64,000 bases of DNA, from the IMG/VR virus record IMGVR_UViG_3300044732_000704, positions 29,435 through 93,434 of that record; one strand, given 5' to 3'. Below the pieces are notes generated by a model. The model searched no databases and was not told where the DNA came from. It was given only the letters and a program-made list of their open reading frames with translations. The DNA comes from a virus. The translations under genes were made by a program, and so were the position numbers. Positions 1 to 8,309 of the stretch are shown here, in pieces. Within the stretch, counting starts at the first letter, position 1, and every line of letters begins with the position of its first letter.

Positions 1-35
1 AGAACTTCTGTAATATTTCTGGCAAGCTGTTGAAA

Positions 36-245
36 TCAATCATTCTTGTTCCAAATGTGTTCAGCAAACAACAATGTACCTAACACGACAATAAACTCAA
101 AACATCCATACCACAGATAATATCCATGCACTTCAGGAATATCTGGATTAGGGAACGTAAAGTTAAATCCTGATACAGCCATGATGATAGCAACCATCAC
201 GTTCATAATTAGAAAAAACACTGTACTATAAGCTAAATTCTTCAT
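36..245 (-). CDS. Small membrane protein, hypothetical
   Basis: 69 aa ORF with two hydrophobic stretches; GGAGG RBS upstream. Confidence 0.6.
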   Translation of the reverse strand: MKNLAYSTVFFLIMNVMVAIIMAVSGFNFTFPNPDIPEVHGYYLWYGCFEFIVVLGTLLFAEHIWNKND

Positions 246-275
246 TTCAATTCCTCCAATTCTTTCTCAACATTA

Positions 276-430
276 GCTAACTGTTCTTTCTGTTATGACA
301 CCCTTCTCCTCTAATCAAGGAGAATTCCTTCTTCAAGACGGCGGTGCCCCGCCGCAGCAATGTTCTTAGACGCATTCACATCCCTATCGTGTTCTGCTCC
401 GCACTCAGAACAAACCCATTGCCGTATTCC
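276..430 (-). ncRNA. Putative TnpB omegaRNA/reRNA (IS200/605-type right end plus about 20 nt guide); 5' boundary approximate
   Basis: Minus strand reads GGAATTCTCCTTGATTAGAGGAGAAGGGTGTCA|TAACAGAAAGAACAG: hairpin followed by TGTCA, like the typical ...GGAGGATGTCAA right end overlapping the tnpB stop. Confidence 0.6.
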
Positions 431-1363
431 AAGACCTGCTCTACCTTTCGGACTACTGTCTGGGATAATCCCGCAGCACGAACAAGTCTGGGTGGAGTAT
501 GCTTCATTAATAACTTCAAAAATCACACCTGCGTTAGCGCATTTATATTCCAATGTAGATTTAATCTGTCCCCAAGAAGCGTCTAAAACAGATTTTGCCA
601 TTTTAGTTTTAATAAGCTTCCGAGAACTAATGTTACCAACAAAGATTGCAGCACTGGAATCTACCAAACTGCGTGTAAACTTATGAATAGCGTCCTTACG
701 TCTATTCTTTATCTTTAAGTGAATCGACCTCACTCTGTCTTTCTTATTAGCTCTTTGCGCTAATTTGAGCTTAGATTCTAACTCACGATACCAACCATTG
801 TCAAGCTTTATTCCTGTTGATGTCACAGCAGCATCTTTACAACCTAAATCTATACCGATTAACTGAGTTCCCTTAGATTTTACAGCCTCGCATTCAACAG
901 CAATGTTAAGATACCACCGACCTTTAGAATCTTCGTTAAATGAACCTGATTTAAGTTTGTATTGCGATATATTATGACAATCCCAAAAGCTAAACAAAAC
1001 ACTATTAAATCTAATTTTACTATCAACCAACTTAATTGTTTGTGGTTGAAAAGGAATCCAACCTAACGATCTACCACTTCCTTTGGTTTTCCTCCAACGT
1101 AGTCGACGTTTCTTAAATTGCCTACGTCGGGTGACATACTCTTTACTTACTTCTTGTATTGTTTGAGCAGGAATCCCAAGCTCTTTACTTGAACCTGCTG
1201 TGTATTTGTTTATATCAAATTCGGATAAAAACACCCCACGCTCTTTGATTGAGCGTGAGCTAAGTTCATTGATATAGTTCCAGACAAAATTCACATTAGC
1301 TGCAACCTTATTCAAATGTTTAATGTGTTTATCTTTCACCCTGAACTTTAATGTTTTTATCAA
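311..1363 (-). CDS. tnpB: RNA-guided endonuclease TnpB (IS200/IS605/IS607 OrfB family), no tnpA
   Basis: RuvC-I GIDLG, rearranged RuvC-II (VGNI ... NEAYSTQ), zinc ribbon CSCC...CSECG, RuvC-III HDRDVNASKNI; likely TTG start at 1363 after GGAGGAG. Confidence 0.93.
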   Translation of the reverse strand: MIKTLKFRVKDKHIKHLNKVAANVNFVWNYINELSSRSIKERGVFLSEFDINKYTAGSSKELGIPAQTIQEVSKEYVTRRRQFKKRRLRWRKTKGSGRSLGWIPFQPQTIKLVDSKIRFNSVLFSFWDCHNISQYKLKSGSFNEDSKGRWYLNIAVECEAVKSKGTQLIGIDLGCKDAAVTSTGIKLDNGWYRELESKLKLAQRANKKDRVRSIHLKIKNRRKDAIHKFTRSLVDSSAAIFVGNISSRKLIKTKMAKSVLDASWGQIKSTLEYKCANAGVIFEVINEAYSTQTCSCCGIIPDSSPKGRAGLGIRQWVCSECGAEHDRDVNASKNIAAAGHRRLEEGILLD

Positions 1364-1367
1364 TTTG

Positions 1368-1583
1368 TTACTCCTCCACTTGAATAAAATGTTCATCAAC
1401 AACACTCTTATACATGTAATGACAAGATTGTTGATTGTTTTTAGGTGTATACAGCTCAGGGACGTAGGCAGATTCTTTTCCTACGTAGAAATCATACACA
1501 TCTCCAGCCTTAAACGCTGGAATATTCCCACTTTCCTCAGATTCATTGAGCATCCAGAAATCTTCAATACATTTAAATTTCAT
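1368..1583 (-). CDS. Hypothetical protein
   Basis: 71 aa ORF overlapping the denV stop; its 3' end carries the RBS for tnpB. Confidence 0.6.
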   Translation of the reverse strand: MKFKCIEDFWMLNESEESGNIPAFKAGDVYDFYVGKESAYVPELYTPKNNQQSCHYMYKSVVDEHFIQVEE

Positions 1584-1974
1584 TGTTTGTCTCCAAATCT
1601 TTCTGCTATACGTTCACGGTTTAATCGCAATGCTTCTTGTGTAACAGTATACCCACCTAAGAATTTATTGTCAATACCTTCAATTAAATCTTTACGTTCT
1701 ACTTGCTGAATTTTATATCCACGATTACGCCACTCACCACACAGTAATTCGTATCTATCAGCGAGCCATTGTAACTTATCAGCGAAATGAGTCATGTGTC
1801 CTGTACCAAGCGTATACTCTTGTGGTTGTTTCTTCAGACGTTTGAAGTTGTAGTAATTTACACCAGTACCTTTCCAATTCTTTACAAGAGTGAATACACG
1901 GGGTAATTCACGTATTCGGCAAGTAAATGTTGTCTGGCCAACTCTACTGGTTCTACGGTGTTTATACGTGTAAT
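1580..1974 (-). pseudogene. denV: Endonuclease V / pyrimidine dimer glycosylase, frameshifted, with ATT start
   Basis: N-terminus (I)TRINTVEPVELARQHLLAEY then, after a 1-nt deletion near 1912, ELPRVF...GHMTHFADKL...RGYKI, matching T4 DenV motifs; span 395 nt = 3n+2. Confidence 0.85.
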
Positions 1975-1984
1975 AAATCTCTCC

Positions 1985-2803
1985 TTATTTAATCCAATTA
2001 TTTACTATTTCTTCGTAGAAAGGTTGCCAAGTTACCTCATCGAAGAAATCATCTATTTCAGTGAGTATAACAAAGTTTTCGTGATGTTTCAATCCAGCAT
2101 CAATCTTTACATCATTCGGATATACATTTAAAAGTGAGATAGGTTTTATTTCCACTATTGTATGGTAATTAGGTAAATAAAAATCCGGAAAGTAATGGTG
2201 AATTCTCCCATCAGCGGCCATGTAAGGCACTGCAAATTCTTTATTCGCTGCTGATATTACCTCAATATTAAACTTTTTACAAAACAACAAGAATTTTTCC
2301 TCATAAGATGACCTGAAGTAGATAGCGTCAACCCTGCCGCTCTTGTGCCAAGATTTTATATCAACTGCAACGTGAATACTCCTATCTAAATCTGGGTCAG
2401 AGTAACGTCTTAGCATAGTCTCTCTTAACCAATCTTTGGTCTTTTGAGTATGTTTATTAGTGCCATTTATTTTCCTGTTTTCGGCAATCTTCTTACTATG
2501 TTCTGCACTTCTTGGGTCTTTTGGTCTATTTTTAGCAGCTAAAGAAATAGCTTCTTTTACTTCAAGCAATTGTGCTACATTTTCTACACCATACCTCTCA
2601 AGCATAGTGGATCTCAACTTTGCTTGTTTTGCTTTCTGGTCTGTATTCCTTATCCTTTTCTCTATTGTCTCTTTTGATTGTTTTCTACCAAGACAGGGGT
2701 TAGGTTTTGATTTTCTATATAGTGATCTGCACTCATCCGAACAAAACCTAGAGCGTGGTTTAAAATGCTCAGTGCCACACCATTCACAGAAATACTTTTT
2801 CAT
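1985..2803 (-). CDS. Free-standing homing endonuclease (NUMOD3-like DNA-binding repeats plus TnsA-like PD-(D/E)xK domain)
   Basis: GRKQSKETIEKR NUMOD3-like motif; RSSYE...YFPDFYL...IVEIKP nuclease motif; N-terminal CxxC. Confidence 0.75.
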   Translation of the reverse strand: MKKYFCEWCGTEHFKPRSRFCSDECRSLYRKSKPNPCLGRKQSKETIEKRIRNTDQKAKQAKLRSTMLERYGVENVAQLLEVKEAISLAAKNRPKDPRSAEHSKKIAENRKINGTNKHTQKTKDWLRETMLRRYSDPDLDRSIHVAVDIKSWHKSGRVDAIYFRSSYEEKFLLFCKKFNIEVISAANKEFAVPYMAADGRIHHYFPDFYLPNYHTIVEIKPISLLNVYPNDVKIDAGLKHHENFVILTEIDDFFDEVTWQPFYEEIVNNWIK

Positions 2804-2913
2804 TTAAACCCCTTAATTTTAAAAAGGTATTCAACAATCATTTTGACTTGATGCACTTTGTTATGATCATAGGCAGCTTCAATTGGACATTTGTTGGTGT
2901 AAAACACGTTCAT
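2800..2913 (-). pseudogene. 5' remnant of a second pyrimidine-dimer glycosylase-like (Pyr_excise) gene, truncated at the endonuclease
   Basis: MNVFYTNKCPIEAAYDHNKVHQVKMIVEY resembles the MNIFxL..P..AA..H.DKHVVKMILE N-terminus; the frame ends in a TGA overlapping the endonuclease ATG. Confidence 0.65.
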
Positions 2914-2945
2914 AAGATTCTCCACAATCTGCTTCAATAAGAGCT

Positions 2946-2973
2946 ATTTTACACGAATGAGTGGTGATGTCAA
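2946..2973 (-). promoter_or_regulatory. Sigma70-like promoter
   Basis: TTGACA-N16-TAAAAT on the minus strand. Confidence 0.65.
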
Positions 2974-2987
2974 TAGCAAATTGCAGA

Positions 2988-3016
2988 TAAAAGAAAGCCC
3001 AGCGAATGCTGGGCTT
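2988..3016 (-). terminator. Rho-independent terminator
   Basis: AAGCCCAGC-GAAT-GCTGGGCTT hairpin with U-tract on the minus strand. Confidence 0.8.
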
Positions 3017-3023
3017 GTGTGTG

Positions 3024-3389
3024 TTACTCTACTTTAGTATCAGCTTGGTTGATAGCACTCTGAATCTCAGCAACAAACTCTTTACACTTAATCAATGCTT
3101 GATGTTCCTTCTGTTTCATCAAAGCTAAAGCACCTTCCTGAACAGTGTCAATGTTTGCTACAATCCATTCCAGCAAACACTTATTAAAAGCTGCGTCAGT
3201 CTCCCAGTAATTTTGACCACCCGTTTGATATTGACCACAACGAACAAGCTTGATTGCTGAATGGTCAACAGAGATAGCGAAACTGTCTCCGCCCATACGA
3301 CCACCACCACGTTTCTGCATAGTAGCCCAACGATCCGCTGTCTCGTAATTCCGTTTTGCTTCCAAATAATCTTGATATACTTTACTCAT
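3024..3389 (-). CDS. Hypothetical protein
   Basis: 121 aa ORF with AGGAGG RBS. Confidence 0.7.
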   Translation of the reverse strand: MSKVYQDYLEAKRNYETADRWATMQKRGGGRMGGDSFAISVDHSAIKLVRCGQYQTGGQNYWETDAAFNKCLLEWIVANIDTVQEGALALMKQKEHQALIKCKEFVAEIQSAINQADTKVE

Positions 3390-3404
3390 TTAAAACCTCC
3401 TACA

Positions 3405-3530
3405 ACAGCCTATCGGCTGGCAGCAAACATTGCTACAATCGTCTACAATCAATTATCTGTGTTCACCCACATCAACACACCCTTTCACCTAAATAATCGC
3501 TTAGAATGAACCCTAGAGCGTTTTAGAGAG
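3405..3530. repeat. Dispersed intergenic repeat with about 10-12 bp phased CTA/TAG arms (copy A)
   Basis: Shares CTACAATCAATTAT, AAATAATCGCTTA and CCTAGAGCGTTT, at near-identical spacing, with 31594-31673. Confidence 0.7.
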
Positions 3531-3556
3531 GAATAGGGTGCTTGTCGGAATGTTTA

Positions 3557-3787
3557 TCATTCCACCTCCATCAAAGTGTCTTTCCAATCCATCCCTTCAA
3601 GGTCTACTTTAACCACTAAATGACTCCACTGCTCCCAATCGTAACACCACCCAAGATCATCATAGAACATAGGTTTCTGGTTGGAAGCATAAACATTACC
3701 TTCTTTTGATGTAACTAAATATTTAGTATCGTCGGTGACGTTAATCAGAACACCGAAGTAGTTTACTGTTTTTCCTAGTAATTTCAT
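3557..3787 (-). CDS. Hypothetical protein
   Basis: 76 aa ORF with GAGGAG RBS and upstream TTGACG promoter. Confidence 0.7.
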   Translation of the reverse strand: MKLLGKTVNYFGVLINVTDDTKYLVTSKEGNVYASNQKPMFYDDLGWCYDWEQWSHLVVKVDLEGMDWKDTLMEVE

Positions 3788-3873
3788 CTCAATCTCCTCA
3801 TTTGTTTCAATAGATACATTCTAATGCACATTATCTTGTGCGTCAAGCATTATTTCACTTTATTTTAGGCAAT

Positions 3874-3898
3874 AAAAAGCCCAGCGAATGCTGGGCTT
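3874..3898 (-). terminator. Rho-independent terminator, same hairpin as 2995-3016
   Basis: AAGCCCAGCGAATGCTGGGCTT. Confidence 0.8.
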
Positions 3899-3904
3899 AG
3901 GTGT

Positions 3905-4129
3905 TTATAAATTTGGATCAGTTAAAGCAGCTAGTGTTCGATCTAGCTCATAAGCTGTAATCAACTCACACAGTTTAATTCTAGGGCAATAACTGTAATA
4001 AGCTACAGTGAACCCCGTCTGTCTAGACATGAGGGATACACAGTGTTGTACATGGTCTAAATCCATGTCAGCAATCAGTAGCTTTCTCCCATCACGAGTG
4101 TTCCAGTATGTGTTTTGTGGGGTGTTCAT
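3905..4129 (-). CDS. Hypothetical protein
   Basis: 74 aa ORF coupled to the upstream gene by an ATGA overlap. Confidence 0.6.
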   Translation of the reverse strand: MNTPQNTYWNTRDGRKLLIADMDLDHVQHCVSLMSRQTGFTVAYYSYCPRIKLCELITAYELDRTLAALTDPNL

Positions 4130-5424
4130 AGCTCAGCACCTTTCGTTCTAACAACACAATTATTCCCACCAACAACCACTTCGTAAGCACGTTCCATAAT
4201 CTTCACTGCCTTATCCTTGTATTTCTCCTGAACAATGATACTATCATGTATTGGGATCATGATCTGGTCGTCAGACAACACACGTTCAATAATATAATCC
4301 ATCATCGTAGATTCTATAGCCATGAGGTCTAATGCACTATCACTAAAGAAATACGTGTTCACATAATCATTTCTTTCAAGTAATGCTTCCACAACACGTC
4401 TTGCTACAGGGAAGTCAGGCCATTGACCTTCGTCCTTCGCTTGGTCAATCTGTTCTTTCAACCACTTCTGGTTCATTTCTTTGATTAGAGCAAACGTAGC
4501 ACCTTCTTCGTCTTTACAGTTGAATAAACACATCAGACCAACCTTAGCCAATGAACGTACCACAGAAGGTTTATAACCTGATATAGTGATTCCATACGGG
4601 TCAAAGGACTTATCCAGTGTAACACCAACTAAATCAGCGGCAATCCGAGGAAACAATTGTCCATAATCGCACTCAACTGTAGGTTCTCCGTTTATTTCCA
4701 GTTTAATACGTTGCTCACGATTAATCATATCACTTAATCCTGCACCAGACATATACACCCTCCCACCTTCGTTAAAAGAACCATTGTTGTAAATCTTCTT
4801 AACTTGCACAGAATACTTATTATCCTCGATTCTAAACTCAGAGTCAACAAGTTTATAGTTAAATTTAGTTAAGAGTCTTACTAACTCTTTCTGTCTTTCC
4901 GGTAAACGTTTAGCTAACACATTACCTTTAGAATCTCTTACCTCAAGAACTGATTCATTTACAATATCAATCTTATTCACAATAGAGTCTATCTCACTAA
5001 TCCAGTGATCAGGGATCTCAATGTAGCTTGTCTCCCATGTCTTAGCTACCACTTTCTTTATAACACCATCCCATTCCCAAGAGGTAACACCACCTTTGTA
5101 GAGGTTAAAATCATCCTGAGATGTAATGAAGTTAATCAGCACCTTCATATACGTGTAGCTAACCTTTCTACCTGTGTTGTTACCATTGTAGATAGCCGGT
5201 AATGAGTATACTGTCTGATCTAGTGCAACAGAGAACTTAGTCTGTTTCCTCTTAACTGCGTTGGCTATGTTCAACACAAAGCACTTACACACCTTGTCTA
5301 TTAAATCAAGCTTGTGTTTAGTAATCTTTATACCACTGAACTGGGTTAAGTATTTAACTAAACCATTCTTTATCTTATCACTAAATGGTAGTAATTTCTT
5401 GTTAATCTTGTAGTCTAATATCAT
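4126..5424 (-). CDS. Minimal family-A DNA polymerase / T7-RNAP-like palm protein (TV-Pol-like)
   Basis: GGRVY, motif A ECDYGQLFPRI, motif B RSLAK, motif C IPIHDSIIV; no exonuclease domain. Confidence 0.7.
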   Translation of the reverse strand: MILDYKINKKLLPFSDKIKNGLVKYLTQFSGIKITKHKLDLIDKVCKCFVLNIANAVKRKQTKFSVALDQTVYSLPAIYNGNNTGRKVSYTYMKVLINFITSQDDFNLYKGGVTSWEWDGVIKKVVAKTWETSYIEIPDHWISEIDSIVNKIDIVNESVLEVRDSKGNVLAKRLPERQKELVRLLTKFNYKLVDSEFRIEDNKYSVQVKKIYNNGSFNEGGRVYMSGAGLSDMINREQRIKLEINGEPTVECDYGQLFPRIAADLVGVTLDKSFDPYGITISGYKPSVVRSLAKVGLMCLFNCKDEEGATFALIKEMNQKWLKEQIDQAKDEGQWPDFPVARRVVEALLERNDYVNTYFFSDSALDLMAIESTMMDYIIERVLSDDQIMIPIHDSIIVQEKYKDKAVKIMERAYEVVVGGNNCVVRTKGAEL

Positions 5425-5789
5425 TAAATAACCCTTCTAATACTCCAATAAAAAGACAAAGGCTTCGCCTTTCAAGCTACAGCTTCTCTGTATAAGTGAA
5501 AACTTAATAAAAATACCCCTACAAGCCTTGTCCTGTAAGGGTTTTATACATAGTTTAGCTTCTAATTTTCCTCAAACACTTCCCACATCGTTTCAAGATG
5601 TTCGATTACTTCTTCCAGATGTTCCTGACTATCAATTTCCAGATAGATACTTCCATCAATAAACATCAAAGTTTTCACCACATCATCAATACGAATCTTC
5701 ATAGTATTCCTCCATTACTTGCTAATACACCCTTAAGTGTAACATAGATACCTTGTTTGTCTAATAACGTTTTGGAATAAGAAAACGTG

Positions 5790-6008
5790 TTAACTAAACA
5801 AATATTCCTCAATATCACAAGTTAATATGTCACAAAGATAACTCTTAATCTCTGTCATCTCACTCCACAACTTCTTAGCTTTATGTTTATCATTAGCTAA
5901 AATAGCTCCTGAAAGCTTAGACACCAATCCAAGCTGTACACGATACATCCCAGACAGGATGATTAGTTCTTCTAATGCTTCAGCAGGAGCTTTGTTATTA
6001 TTCAACAA
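5790..6008 (-). CDS. Hypothetical protein
   Basis: 72 aa ORF in an overlapping gene string. Confidence 0.55.
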   Translation of the reverse strand: MLNNNKAPAEALEELIILSGMYRVQLGLVSKLSGAILANDKHKAKKLWSEMTEIKSYLCDILTCDIEEYLFS

Positions 6009-6411
6009 TATCTACCCAATTCATAGTTGATACATTTTGACCATAGACACCACCGTAGAAGTAGTTATCATCCGGCCAAGATAAATTACCTCCGTAATAA
6101 CCGTTTGACGAGTTTCGATAGTCAATCACTATTTCACCTTTGGTTGTCGTGATGGAGCAACCATATACTTGTAAACAATCATATTCTGGGTGATTGTCGT
6201 CTGAGCCAGATAACTCTAAATCAGCAAAACCTAACACTAATGCAGGAAAGCCCAGCGCAGGTAACTCAACGTGTTCTATCCAAGTATGTGAACAACAACC
6301 AGCATCAACTTTAACAATATGGTCTCCATCGACACACTTAAACAACAACGCTTCCTTATCGTCAGCAATCATAATTTTGACAATTGTCTTACCAACCAAG
6401 AAATCACTCAT
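5998..6411 (-). CDS. Conserved phage hypothetical protein (CC..W and SNGYYGG motifs)
   Basis: 137 aa ORF with motifs typical of a common phage family. Confidence 0.7.
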   Translation of the reverse strand: MSDFLVGKTIVKIMIADDKEALLFKCVDGDHIVKVDAGCCSHTWIEHVELPALGFPALVLGFADLELSGSDDNHPEYDCLQVYGCSITTTKGEIVIDYRNSSNGYYGGNLSWPDDNYFYGGVYGQNVSTMNWVDIVE

Positions 6412-6698
6412 TCCACTTTCTCCTTCTCTAATTGATCAATCTGTTCATAATTATACATATCTTCGTCGTAAGAGTCAATACGTAAAAGATTACATTCTCT
6501 ATTAAAGTACCGCTCTCCATCAAGAACACCAAAAGCATTATCAAACTTCATTGGCTTATCCACTCGCCAATAATCTTTTAATCGGCTATCGGGTAACTGT
6601 CCAACGAAGTCACCAACTCTCACCACTTTACCAATGTTCTCAGAGCAACGTCCAGCAACAACAATAGCTAAACAACCTTTCTCGATTTTGTTATTCAT
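6408..6698 (-). CDS. Hypothetical protein
   Basis: 96 aa ORF with GGAG RBS, first gene after a divergent promoter region. Confidence 0.65.
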   Translation of the reverse strand: MNNKIEKGCLAIVVAGRCSENIGKVVRVGDFVGQLPDSRLKDYWRVDKPMKFDNAFGVLDGERYFNRECNLLRIDSYDEDMYNYEQIDQLEKEKVE

Positions 6699-6853
6699 CT
6701 AAATTTCTCCATACGTTTGAACATGCAGCCACTTTACACACATGCACCTCTCATGTCAACCAGAATCGTTTACGAATTTATTTAAAATTCTTGTTGATAC
6801 AGGGAACAGATGAGCGTAGAGTTGTTCACATCGAAACGAATGAGGATTTACCG

Positions 6854-7228
6854 ATGACTACAAAGAAACCTGCAAATAAAACCACTAACCGGCATTCTGG
6901 CGATGACATCAAGATTGCTATGGCTTATGTAAGTAAAGCACGTTCCAGTAAAGATCGTGGTATTGATTTCAATATCTCTTTTGTTAGCTTTAAGAATATG
7001 TGCAAAGCTAAGAAATGTTATTTCACAGGGTTGACATTGACAGCAGATACGTTTACAATCGACCGTATTGATAGCAACAAGCCTTATGAAGCAGGGAATG
7101 TTGCAGCTTGTCATACAACGTTCAATAGTTTAAAGAGCATGATTGAGAATCCTGTAAATGACTTAGATTTAGCTAAAACATTAAGAGGATTACAACGTAC
7201 AGCGAAGCGGATTAAGGAGAACAAGTAA
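6854..7228 (+). CDS. HNH-like (beta-beta-alpha-metal) nuclease-fold protein
   Basis: CYFTG...TIDRIDSNKPYEAGNVAACHTTFNSLK; ATG at 6854 after GAGGA. Confidence 0.65.
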   Translation: MTTKKPANKTTNRHSGDDIKIAMAYVSKARSSKDRGIDFNISFVSFKNMCKAKKCYFTGLTLTADTFTIDRIDSNKPYEAGNVAACHTTFNSLKSMIENPVNDLDLAKTLRGLQRTAKRIKENK

Positions 7229-7491
7229 TGTTAATGCAAGAATACATTAAACTGAAGCATCAAGCTTGGAAAGCTGTTGAAGAAGGGAGATCTTATCATT
7301 ACCGTTATGGTCAATCAGTATGGAACTTGCTTCCTAAAGAAGTTTCTGATAAGATTTATTCAACCAGTTACGACTTCTTTTATTGGCCTGACACTAACGC
7401 TTTTGAAATTGATAATATCTGTCATCGTTTGTGTGAAGATTGGGTAGATAAAGAAACATCGTTACTAATTGAGATTGGACATTCAATTTAA
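7228..7491 (+). CDS. Hypothetical protein
   Basis: 87 aa ORF, RYGQ motif, RBS. Confidence 0.6.
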   Translation: MLMQEYIKLKHQAWKAVEEGRSYHYRYGQSVWNLLPKEVSDKIYSTSYDFFYWPDTNAFEIDNICHRLCEDWVDKETSLLIEIGHSI

Positions 7492-7622
7492 ACGCTCTAG
7501 GACTGTTCTTCCAGAACAGGCAGACAAAGCCATGCTTTGCTGTATTCATTCTAAGACGTTTTAACAGCTAAGCTATACGTTGGCTTAGGATAACATAAAT
7601 AATCGCTCATAGAGCGTTGTAG
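7490..7622. repeat. Dispersed intergenic repeat (copy B)
   Basis: AACGCTCTAG at 7491 inverted to TAGAGCGTT at 7610; AAATAATCGCT at 7597. Confidence 0.6.
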
Positions 7623-7631
7623 GAGGAATAA

Positions 7632-8051
7632 ATGAGTGTAGATGCTAAACTGTTTGTATGTGCTGGTAAAGAAGTGGCTTTGGATTTGTTAAGTAATGTA
7701 TTGACTGTCATTAAAAATGAGTCTTTAGGGTTTTACGGTGGTCGTAGTAATGAGTATGAACCACATTTTATGGGCAGTATTGCTAGTTTCTACATTGGTT
7801 TTAAATATCGTCCAGTAGGGTTAGACACCAGCTTTCAGAAGCGTCAATTATCTATCCACTTCGGTTGTGACTCTGATTATTCAGACACATATGAAGGTGA
7901 TAAAGTAATCCTCAGCTTAGGTTGTTGGGGTAGTAGCGATGAAATTATGAAAACTTTAGCAAAAGAGCTTGCACAGTTTGGTGATGTGTATTATGATCAT
8001 AACGATTGTGATACAGAAGATTTTGTTAAATTGTACAGCAAAGGAGAATAA
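7632..8051 (+). CDS. Hypothetical protein
   Basis: 139 aa ORF with AGGAGG RBS. Confidence 0.7.
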   Translation: MSVDAKLFVCAGKEVALDLLSNVLTVIKNESLGFYGGRSNEYEPHFMGSIASFYIGFKYRPVGLDTSFQKRQLSIHFGCDSDYSDTYEGDKVILSLGCWGSSDEIMKTLAKELAQFGDVYYDHNDCDTEDFVKLYSKGE

Positions 8052-8197
8052 ATATGATTACCTTTACATGGATTCTAATGATTGCAAATTTTTGGATCTC
8101 TTTAATACCTGAGAACACTTCCATGACCTTAAAAGTTGTTAACTTAATATGTGGGTTAAATTGCATGGTGATGTTACTAAGCCATTACAAATTAATT

Positions 8198-8300
8198 TAA
8201 ACGCAATAGGAAGCGTTCTAGGCCACGATAATTTATCCCAATACATTCGGATAGGATTAAGGAGAAAGTGGCTTAGAATTAATTGTAGAGCGTTATAGAG
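8198..8300. repeat. Dispersed intergenic repeat (copy C)
   Basis: AATACATT-N21-TGGCTTAGAATTAATTGTAG, as at 34818-34866; TAGAGCGTT. Confidence 0.65.
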
Positions 8301-8309
8301 CATGTTTGG

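Noticed and set aside
311-1363. TnpB as a catalytically dead TldR-like repressor because the canonical RuvC-II Glu is Gly
   Set aside because: An alternative Glu (NEAY) typical of active rearranged RuvC domains is present and both Asp residues are intact
1359-1363. TTGAT at the tnpB 5' end matching the ISDra2 TAM
   Set aside because: It is simply the TTG start codon plus the next bases; no left-end hairpin follows
4450-4459. 10-nt match (CTGTTCTTTC) to the putative TnpB guide
   Set aside because: Too short to be meaningful in 64 kb of AT-rich DNA
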